Source of the DNA: a virus
Direction: 5' to 3' (one strand)
DNA: 64,000 nucleotides
IMG/VR virus record: IMGVR_UViG_3300027712_001108
Coordinates: 93,924 to 157,923 of that record
This document shows positions 48,037-56,239 of this stretch, piece by piece. The notes beneath the pieces are model-generated. The model was not told the DNA's origin. It did not search any database and saw only the letters and a program-made list of their open reading frames with translations. A program made the position numbers and the translations under genes. Every line of letters starts with the position of its first letter. Positions within the stretch are counted from its first letter, which is position 1.

Positions 48037-49670
48037 TGCAGTATTATAATGAAGAAATATACAGATCACTGATAGAGGCTGTACGTCAGCGCCAGTACAA
48101 AGAAGTACCGTTTAAATTACGTAGACTTGGTGAAAATACAGAACCTTTTACACCTAGAAGCGGTATTGATCTGCTTAATAAAAACAAAACTGGCTGCATT
48201 CGTGGTATATTGTACATATATAAAAATCAAGATGATTATGGGTTAACCAACAATGATTTCCAAAATGCAGTAAAAGGTGCACGTAAAATAGGATTGGCCT
48301 GGCCTGAATTGGATATACTTGAAAACAGTATTGGCACTGATACAGTCACCGAAGCTGCAAAACAACTCACCGGTGACGACATAGCCAAAGATATCGAAGA
48401 CATATTCAGCGACACCGATTCAGGTTTTAGTTCTTCTAAACGTATGATATTGCAACGTCTGATATTATCCTATTCCGCATTGTTAGATGCAGTTAAAATA
48501 AAAGACATATCCAGCATAACAGCAGCGTTGACTAGATTAAAGCAACGTATTCTTCGAGACATGCTGTCTAATATGCAGCATGGCGATACCAAGGTGGATA
48601 TGCCCATTTATATTAAAACACTACAGCAGTTTGGTATCAATTGGCCGGAGTTATCTATTATAAACGACAGCACAGATAAAAAACTCAAAGAAACGCTGCG
48701 CATACATCCTCGGGATCCCAGAGATCGTATGCTGGATAGATTAGAAGACATATTCACTGATCCCGGCACAGATGTATTTGACCGAATCACTGAATTGGAT
48801 ATAGCCAGATCCATTTTACAACGTATCAGTCAAGACGATGTTGATGCAATATTGGCAAACTATAAAACCCACATTATAAAAGATACATTGAAACATTTGA
48901 TGCATGGTGCAGTAGATGTTGATGTACCTATCTTTTTAAGAACACTGCAAGGACTGGGTGCAAACTGGCGTGAATTAGACATAATCGAAAAAAGTGTTGG
49001 CGGCAATAGCCCGCAGTTGGATGAAGCACCCCGTACATCCGATGAAATAATTCGTGACGAATTTGACTATAATATATTTTATGGCATTGCAGCATTGCGC
49101 ATTTATAGCCGTCAACTTGCAGAATTTCCCGAATATGAACAGCTAGTGAATACACATAAAGCCAAGCTGATACGCTTGCTGTTGGAGTTGTGCAAAGACA
49201 ACGAGTTCGGTGTGGCCAAATTCAGAGCAGAGGATTTGCAAACTGCGGGTGTAGATTGGCCAGAGTTGGACATCATTATAGACAGCGCCACACATGAACT
49301 TGACAAGTTCTTTGGCATTGACTCAGCAGACCAGCTAGCAGAAGGAATTAGTCATGCTGCCAGATATAACATGAGTGGTGCGCTATCTAGCATAGAAGAC
49401 GACGAACCACGCGAAATGGTATTGTTTTTAAGCAATGCTGCATATGAAGATTCGTTGCCAACTATTGCTAAAAAACTGGCTCCACATAAACAGTTTATTG
49501 TACGAGCATTGCTGGACTTTTTAAGAGATGAAGAAGATGCAGCAGAGTCAGTTGATACTGTTAGGGATTGCCTAACAGTATTGGATAAAATAGGATTCTC
49601 CAGCCCAGAATTGTCTATACTACGAAATAGTTTAAACGTACCAAGCAAAGGTGATCAAAATGGCCAATGA
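48036..49670 (+). CDS. WPEL-module repeat protein (5 units of ~110 aa)
   Basis: Each unit ends G-h-x-WPEL-x-II-x-x-S; the first four are followed by VTE/LKE/LDE/LAE. Confidence 0.8.
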   Translation: MQYYNEEIYRSLIEAVRQRQYKEVPFKLRRLGENTEPFTPRSGIDLLNKNKTGCIRGILYIYKNQDDYGLTNNDFQNAVKGARKIGLAWPELDILENSIGTDTVTEAAKQLTGDDIAKDIEDIFSDTDSGFSSSKRMILQRLILSYSALLDAVKIKDISSITAALTRLKQRILRDMLSNMQHGDTKVDMPIYIKTLQQFGINWPELSIINDSTDKKLKETLRIHPRDPRDRMLDRLEDIFTDPGTDVFDRITELDIARSILQRISQDDVDAILANYKTHIIKDTLKHLMHGAVDVDVPIFLRTLQGLGANWRELDIIEKSVGGNSPQLDEAPRTSDEIIRDEFDYNIFYGIAALRIYSRQLAEFPEYEQLVNTHKAKLIRLLLELCKDNEFGVAKFRAEDLQTAGVDWPELDIIIDSATHELDKFFGIDSADQLAEGISHAARYNMSGALSSIEDDEPREMVLFLSNAAYEDSLPTIAKKLAPHKQFIVRALLDFLRDEEDAAESVDTVRDCLTVLDKIGFSSPELSILRNSLNVPSKGDQNGQ

Positions 49671-50844
49671 TGCAGATCAATTAATTGCCAGCCGAGTTGC
49701 AGGCATAATGATGAATGAACCACTGGCACTAAGAGCATTGATTCACCGACTAGAAACACCACCCTATGAATGGCCAGCAGACGATATATTAGCAGTGGTA
49801 CAAGATCACAAGACTGCTATTTTAAAATACATAGATAGAAAATTCAGGGTAGGTAATATATCATTGCCCATCAATGACATTAAAAAACTAATACACATTG
49901 ATGCGCCATGGCCAGAATTAAAAGACATGGTCATCAAATACAAATTTTCTATTGTAAAAAAACTGTTAGAGATGCTGCGAGCCGGCGATCATAGAACAGC
50001 TACAGATCCAATTAACACACTAACGTCGTTAAACATGCGCTGGCCGGAACTTGTTGTTATGCAAAAGAGTATAGATGAAAGAAATAAACAGCTACGCGAA
50101 TCATACACATTAGATGACCACGAAATGGCACAATACAAAGCTGATTTATTGTCTGACATCCACGGCAAGCATTATATTGCAGTATTAGATGCTGTACCCG
50201 ATATTACACAGTATACAAATTTAGGCAATGTAGATCGTATAACTCGCACATTGGAAGAACATAAACACGGTATAATGCGTGCATTGTTAGAAATGATAAA
50301 ATTGGGCAGCAGTAACGAATTGTCATTGTATGGCCCTACTCTTTTAAATGGATTTGCGAAACTGGGAATTGACTGGCCTGACCTTGACGTAATACGAACA
50401 TCAATTGCCAAGACTCCGCTGAAAGAGTTGAGTGAAAATCGCGACCATGCCAAATGGATAGCAGATGAATATAAAGACAGCATAATAATAGGTGTTTTGC
50501 GAAACGACATGGATTTGCTATTGCAATCACTGGCAGAATTCGGATGGACAGATTCTCAAGATAGAGGCGATGTCACAGATTTAACTACGCTTATGACGAA
50601 TCACAAGCAGAGAATAATGAAAGGCATACGCGAGTACATGCTGGAGTTGGACTCGGACGGCATATGCTACATTATGCCTCAAATATTAGATGGATTAGAT
50701 AATGCTGGTATAAAGTGGCCGGATTTACAAGTACTTGGCCAGAGCGTTGACCTTATACAACAAGAAAAAGACGAAGACAATGTAGAGTTGAATGAACGCC
50801 GAAAGTCTGTAAATAACATAACGTACAGGAATCCCAGGGCATGA
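49660..50844 (+). CDS. WPEL-module repeat protein (3 units)
   Basis: WPEL, WPEL, WPDL, WPDL; LRE/LSE/LNE linkers. Confidence 0.8.
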   Translation: MANDADQLIASRVAGIMMNEPLALRALIHRLETPPYEWPADDILAVVQDHKTAILKYIDRKFRVGNISLPINDIKKLIHIDAPWPELKDMVIKYKFSIVKKLLEMLRAGDHRTATDPINTLTSLNMRWPELVVMQKSIDERNKQLRESYTLDDHEMAQYKADLLSDIHGKHYIAVLDAVPDITQYTNLGNVDRITRTLEEHKHGIMRALLEMIKLGSSNELSLYGPTLLNGFAKLGIDWPDLDVIRTSIAKTPLKELSENRDHAKWIADEYKDSIIIGVLRNDMDLLLQSLAEFGWTDSQDRGDVTDLTTLMTNHKQRIMKGIREYMLELDSDGICYIMPQILDGLDNAGIKWPDLQVLGQSVDLIQQEKDEDNVELNERRKSVNNITYRNPRA

Positions 50845-52490
50845 TACCACGTGAAATCAGATACACTCTGACAATGTTCTACGAGGACATTGAGCAGGGT
50901 AGTTATATCGACGCTGTGGAGTGTCTAAATGAATTGTACCACTATAAGGTATATGAAACTGCTGAACGCAATAGAATCAATGCAGCATTGGTAGCCCATA
51001 AAAATGGTATCGTGAAACGACTGCTGCGCTATATGCGACGTTATCCATCAGATGAAGTTGCACACTTTATACCCAATACCATTGATGCATTGCGAGCATT
51101 TGATATTGATTGGCCTGATTTAAACGTTATTGCACGGTCTGTACCTAAAACGAAACCAGTGGCAGAAGCACTGGCATCGCCGCTGGGTAATATTGTATTT
51201 GGCATGCAAAATGCACTGCGACAGGGCAACGACCGTGTGGTAGCACACCGCGTAATTGATCTATGGCGTGGTAGTACATTGGAAAAACAGCGTGCAAGCG
51301 ACATGCTAGCAGATGTTGATAATTTGGTATTGAGTTATATAGAACGTCAGCTTGGATCTGATGATATGTTTGCAGTACAAGATGGATTAAATCTTGTACA
51401 AGTATTACCGCCGTCAGAAGACTGGGCAGATATAACAACGCTTCTCAACAAATACAAAAAAAACATAATAAAGTATTTGTTAAAATGCATGCAACATGGA
51501 GAATTTGATATCGTAGAATATCGCGTACCCATGTTACATGAATGGGGTATACACTGGCCCGACTTGGAAGTTTTAAAAATCAGTGCAGATGAAATGGAAC
51601 AGAACGACAGCAATGATTCCCAGCTGGATGAAGCAGATAGCCGCGCTGACTTTTCAACTGTGCATAGAAACAGATCAGACGCAGACGGCGGTCATAGATT
51701 TCTATTAAATGCAGATGAGTATGTGGAACATATCAGAGCTCTATTGCAAAATGGATATAAAAATAATGAAGCGGTGTCAGAGTTGTCCACTGTTGGCCGT
51801 AGACGCCGGGGCGCCATCAAAGACTGGCCTGAATTAGCTGCGGTAATCAACGAATATAAAAAACCATTATTAGATATTATATTGTTGCATTTTAATAAAG
51901 AACATTTCAGTCATCGACTTTTGGATTTTGCAGGTGCATTATACGCTATCGGGGTCCATTGGCCTGAAATTAAACCCATGATAGAAAAAAACAAATATAA
52001 GATCATGCAGATATTGCGTGGACTAATCGAAGACGAATCTGACATAGAGTTTATAGAATCTCAAATACATGCATTAAAAAGTTACGGTATTAAATGGCCT
52101 GATTTAGACATCATCGCCAAAAGTATTGCGCCCGATGATTTAGCAGAGGACGAAGATCAAGCAGCCGCGGTGCCAGACAATTCTATACGTTCAATGATAA
52201 TGGATATGCTAGAACGCGATGGGCTGGGTATTGCATTATATCATATAGAAGAATGGAATCTTGATGTTGAAAAGTTTCCAGAATTAGTAGACTTTCTTAA
52301 CAAGCGCAAACATCAATATATGAAAATCTTGATAAATGATCTAAAAGATGGACGCGACTGGAAGTATGGCGCAGTTGAACAATATCTAAGACGTCTAGAA
52401 AAGTCAAAAATAAATTGGCCCGAATTATCAATCATACGCGACAGCTTAAATACAGTACAACAGCAGGAAGACGATACCAATGACAATTGA
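50841..52490 (+). CDS. WPEL-module repeat protein (6 motifs, 4 units)
   Basis: WPDL x3, WPEL x2, WPEI; VAE/LDE/LAE linkers. Confidence 0.8.
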   Translation: MIPREIRYTLTMFYEDIEQGSYIDAVECLNELYHYKVYETAERNRINAALVAHKNGIVKRLLRYMRRYPSDEVAHFIPNTIDALRAFDIDWPDLNVIARSVPKTKPVAEALASPLGNIVFGMQNALRQGNDRVVAHRVIDLWRGSTLEKQRASDMLADVDNLVLSYIERQLGSDDMFAVQDGLNLVQVLPPSEDWADITTLLNKYKKNIIKYLLKCMQHGEFDIVEYRVPMLHEWGIHWPDLEVLKISADEMEQNDSNDSQLDEADSRADFSTVHRNRSDADGGHRFLLNADEYVEHIRALLQNGYKNNEAVSELSTVGRRRRGAIKDWPELAAVINEYKKPLLDIILLHFNKEHFSHRLLDFAGALYAIGVHWPEIKPMIEKNKYKIMQILRGLIEDESDIEFIESQIHALKSYGIKWPDLDIIAKSIAPDDLAEDEDQAAAVPDNSIRSMIMDMLERDGLGIALYHIEEWNLDVEKFPELVDFLNKRKHQYMKILINDLKDGRDWKYGAVEQYLRRLEKSKINWPELSIIRDSLNTVQQQEDDTNDN

Positions 52491-53721
52491 CCATTTGGAT
52501 TTATTAGAAGACCTTGGCAATCTTGCACAGCTCAATGCAGGTCCGCTGATAAATGTGCTTAAACAATATCCCGGACCTAGTGGTATTGGTCACGTCGAGA
52601 AGGCATTTCACCGAGAATGGGATATGGCAATTGGCAGTAACAGTCCTATACTTGATATCGGCAATCTCAAAGATGGTATAAAGACGCTTCGCAAAGCATT
52701 TAAAACACACGAAGCTGCTGCGGCATTTGTAGTATACATTGGCGGCAAAGCTGCTATGTTTGGCACAACAGACAGTTATACACTTGCTGGCGGTTCACGC
52801 GAAGGCAGATTAGCATATGATTTAAGACCCTGGGAAGCTGCTGTAAAAGCTGCACATGAACGAGAACATGGAACCAAGCCGTCTTGGTCAAGACCCAGTA
52901 CGCCCGCTCTCAGTACTGCTAAAGATGTAGAGTCGCGCAATTACAGTCATCCTGAAGACAAGTGGAATAACCCAGTAATGGTTACCAGACACTATGCAGG
53001 CGACATGGTCAGTACCGGTACGCTGTCTGGATTGTTTACTATTATGCAGAATATTGCTAAAGACACCGGAGAGCCTCTCACAGGCAAGCTGGTACTGCGC
53101 GATATGAAAGCCAGAGAAACTAGACGTGCAAGGCAGTTAACTAGACAAGAAATTAATGCTGGGGTGAAAGATCTCAAAACTAGATTGGCGATTTATAAGA
53201 ACAGCAAAAAGCCCAGTGTCGATACTGTTGAAGATTTCATTGCAATGAGTCTTAATAAGCCAGGTAGTATTGTACAGTTTGCAGGACGCCCATATCGACT
53301 AACTGCTAGCACCTACGACAAAATTGATCCGTTGAGTTTGTTAAAAGGCAAATCATTTACCACCAGGTATGCAACCAACGAACCTGGTGGGTATAATAGT
53401 ATGGAGTTGACATACAGGTTTGATGCAGATACTAACCAACTGTTACCTATATCAGCAACGTGGAGCGATAACACTGATCCTAATAAACCACGTAGTCAAA
53501 CAGCAGTGCTGGATCCCAAGGGTTATCTACAAAACGCATTGGGTATTAAAAAGCTAGAAAAGCCATATGTTATACCTAAACTATTGGAAAAAATAAAAAA
53601 CCAGCAATTCAAAGATGCATTACTGTATGCAACTGCATTGGAAAAATTAGGAATAGAATGGCCTGAAATCTCGCTTATCAAAGACAGTGCGCAACACGAA
53701 GTTGATTTAAAAAATAAATGA
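52480..53721 (+). CDS. hypothetical protein with single C-terminal WPEL module
   Basis: N-terminal LDLLE; ends LGIEWPEISLIKDS. Confidence 0.75.
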   Translation: MTIDHLDLLEDLGNLAQLNAGPLINVLKQYPGPSGIGHVEKAFHREWDMAIGSNSPILDIGNLKDGIKTLRKAFKTHEAAAAFVVYIGGKAAMFGTTDSYTLAGGSREGRLAYDLRPWEAAVKAAHEREHGTKPSWSRPSTPALSTAKDVESRNYSHPEDKWNNPVMVTRHYAGDMVSTGTLSGLFTIMQNIAKDTGEPLTGKLVLRDMKARETRRARQLTRQEINAGVKDLKTRLAIYKNSKKPSVDTVEDFIAMSLNKPGSIVQFAGRPYRLTASTYDKIDPLSLLKGKSFTTRYATNEPGGYNSMELTYRFDADTNQLLPISATWSDNTDPNKPRSQTAVLDPKGYLQNALGIKKLEKPYVIPKLLEKIKNQQFKDALLYATALEKLGIEWPEISLIKDSAQHEVDLKNK

Positions 53722-54131
53722 AATCCAGTGAATTCATAAACAAATCTATCAGGGATATTACAACAGACGTTGTGGCTATGTCGGTGAGCATTGGTAACTC
53801 TGTAACGGAATCTGATATAAGTCCTGAACTGTTATCACGTATGAGCAAGGCAGTTAAAAGCAAATTCTCAAAAGGCGATTATGCAGACGCACTTCGCTAC
53901 ATGGGCGATTACGGATTAACATATGCAGCAGCACCAAGTGAATTACAAGACCTTATCAACAGTAGACGAATGCAGATCATCAAAGATCTACTTGATATTG
54001 CAAGACATAATCCAGATGCATGGCGTGTATATAGATTGATGTCCTATGTAAAACTAGTAGAACTAGGTTGGCCTGAAATTGACACACTGTTCAACAGTGC
54101 CAAAGCTGCAAAAGAAGACGAGCGCATTTAA
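53718..54131 (+). CDS. WPEL-module protein (1 unit)
   Basis: MKSSEFI leader, VTE site, LGWPEIDTLFNS. Confidence 0.75.
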   Translation: MKSSEFINKSIRDITTDVVAMSVSIGNSVTESDISPELLSRMSKAVKSKFSKGDYADALRYMGDYGLTYAAAPSELQDLINSRRMQIIKDLLDIARHNPDAWRVYRLMSYVKLVELGWPEIDTLFNSAKAAKEDERI

Positions 54132-54138
54132 ATACAAT

Positions 54139-54717
54139 ATGTTTACAGAATCCGCACCCCTTACAGCAGATGGTAGTTTTGCTAAAAGCCTAAGCTACAG
54201 CAAGCTATGGATGTGTCTTGAACTAAAACGCCTAATGAGCGAATTAAACATCAAGCAATTCAATGTGGTATATAGTCTTGGTAGTTGGTACGGTAACATG
54301 GGTATATTCATGTTGTTTACGCATGTGCCATTCAAAGTACTAGTAGATGTTGATACAGATCCGGAACCATTAAAAGCCAGTCATATCATACTTAAACAGC
54401 TAGCACCCGACCGAAAAATAATAAGCATGTGCAAAGATGCCAACAAGCTGCAATACATAGTTGGTCAACCCAGTTTGGTAATCAATAACAGCACAAACAA
54501 CATGGCAAACCGCGGATGGCTAGAGCATGTGCCAGCTGGCACAGTTGTTGCAATTCAAGGTCGCAGTGACGAACCAGATAACAATTACAACACCTGCAAA
54601 ACCATAGACGATTTTGATAAACAATATCCATTACGAGATGTACAATTTTTAGGGCAAATGTCATTGAAAGATCCCGGTGACAAATACCAACGTTGGATGA
54701 AGATAGGTATAAAATGA
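54139..54717 (+). CDS. SAM-dependent methyltransferase-like protein
   Basis: SLGSWYG motif-I-like, VDVD, LVINNS; TTAAATA upstream. Confidence 0.6.
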   Translation: MFTESAPLTADGSFAKSLSYSKLWMCLELKRLMSELNIKQFNVVYSLGSWYGNMGIFMLFTHVPFKVLVDVDTDPEPLKASHIILKQLAPDRKIISMCKDANKLQYIVGQPSLVINNSTNNMANRGWLEHVPAGTVVAIQGRSDEPDNNYNTCKTIDDFDKQYPLRDVQFLGQMSLKDPGDKYQRWMKIGIK

Positions 54718-55760
54718 CAACAGTACTGGGCGCAGGTCAACGTTACGATAGAATAATCGGTGTAGGTGGCATCACTGCTAGCACAGACGGATATCTATGG
54801 AGTAGCGAATCAGAGATAACAGAACCATTTCCGCCACGTATGCGTGCGCAGGGCATAGCAGTCAACGGCAGCAGCAATGTCTGGGTAGCTATAAGCGACA
54901 ATGGCTATGCAGCGACGAGCTATGACTTGTCTACATGGGCAAATGTGCGACTGTTAGACTCTAACTTTTCTGCGCAGGGTATTAGTTGGAGTGTGAATGG
55001 CAGCGGTGCAAGACCCATATTCTGTGTTGCTGGCACACGCAAATACAATGATGACAATGTGTTGCCAGGTGAATACGAAAACAATACACAGATTGCCGAA
55101 ATACTGATAAACGAAACAGGCAGCATTTATACATGGGATCAAGCGTTTACCCATCCTGAAAACAACAGTTATTTCTTCAACGTAAAATACTTCACTGACA
55201 TATTGGTTAACGGTATATCTGTATCTGTTTGGGTAGCAGTGGGATCTGTAAATGGTCAGCCTGACATATGGTATAGTGAAAACATCAACTGGATAGGCGG
55301 CGGTTCTGTACCTGATACTGCCACTTGGCAACAAGTTAGTATACCCACTGCATTTGCAGATAGACCGCTATACGATGTAGCGGAATATCAAGGCACTCTG
55401 TATTTCAGCGGCCGCGGTGTTATTATCAACACAACTGATCTGGGTAGTCCTGTTTGGGGTACTAGCGATTTCTTTACCACTGCACGTTCATTGCCAGATT
55501 ATCGCAATATAGCTGTAAATCCAGATGGCCATCTTGTTGCAGTAAGCAGCGGCGATATACGCTACAGCTTGGACAGAGTTGGTTGGACCAGCTATGACCA
55601 ATTAGGTTACTTTTTCCAAAGCGTAATTTGGTTTCAAGACCATTGGATAGTGGGTGCATACAGTAATCTGACACAGTATACATATTTTACCAGTGCCAAT
55701 ACCACTGACTGGGTACCTCGTAATAATCTTGTACAAATATACGGTATGTGCGCTTATTGA
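54714..55760 (+). CDS. beta-propeller-like, probable virion structural protein
   Basis: Repeated W-V-A-V and S.D...W blades. Confidence 0.55.
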   Translation: MTTVLGAGQRYDRIIGVGGITASTDGYLWSSESEITEPFPPRMRAQGIAVNGSSNVWVAISDNGYAATSYDLSTWANVRLLDSNFSAQGISWSVNGSGARPIFCVAGTRKYNDDNVLPGEYENNTQIAEILINETGSIYTWDQAFTHPENNSYFFNVKYFTDILVNGISVSVWVAVGSVNGQPDIWYSENINWIGGGSVPDTATWQQVSIPTAFADRPLYDVAEYQGTLYFSGRGVIINTTDLGSPVWGTSDFFTTARSLPDYRNIAVNPDGHLVAVSSGDIRYSLDRVGWTSYDQLGYFFQSVIWFQDHWIVGAYSNLTQYTYFTSANTTDWVPRNNLVQIYGMCAY

Positions 55761-55816
55761 CAGAACACTGAGTCTGCGGCAAACTATGTTATCGCAAATA
55801 TACATAGGAGCATTAC

Positions 55817-56092
55817 ATGAGCATTGGAACGCTAAGCGAAGCAGATCGTCTTAAAATCAAAGAACTTATTGATCAAGGTGTCAGTGTTACTCGTGACATA
55901 GAAACTCTGAAAGAAGGTCTCAAAGAGACTGTTGCTGCTATTGCAGCTGAACTTGAAATTAAAAAGCCTGTTCTTAACAAAGCTATCCGTGTAGCATATA
56001 AGATGGCAGAGAACCGCGATGAATTGGCGGAAGGTCGCGAGATATTTGACGAAATCGAAGAACTGCTGGAAATTGCCAAAAAGCGCAAGTAA
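55817..56092 (+). CDS. small dsDNA-binding protein (T4 DsbA/GapR-like)
   Basis: Coiled-coil IETLKEGLKETV..IAAELEIK..VLNKAIRVAYK; lies before the polymerase. Confidence 0.6.
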   Translation: MSIGTLSEADRLKIKELIDQGVSVTRDIETLKEGLKETVAAIAAELEIKKPVLNKAIRVAYKMAENRDELAEGREIFDEIEELLEIAKKRK

Positions 56093-56239
56093 TACTGGCA
56101 TTGTTGCAGTGTATATAACGCTGTCGGATGATATATTCGGCAGCGTTATATTTTGGCGCAATAGGTTGGATAATAGAGTAGCTGCTGGTACAATAGTAAT
56201 AAGGTAAGGTTAACCGGCCACAAGCGGTAAGGAGAATAA

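Noticed and set aside
45721-54131. CRISPR array or diversity-generating retroelement behind the WPEL repeats
   Set aside because: Repeats are visible only at protein level; no near-identical DNA repeats, template/variable pair or reverse transcriptase seen in the window.
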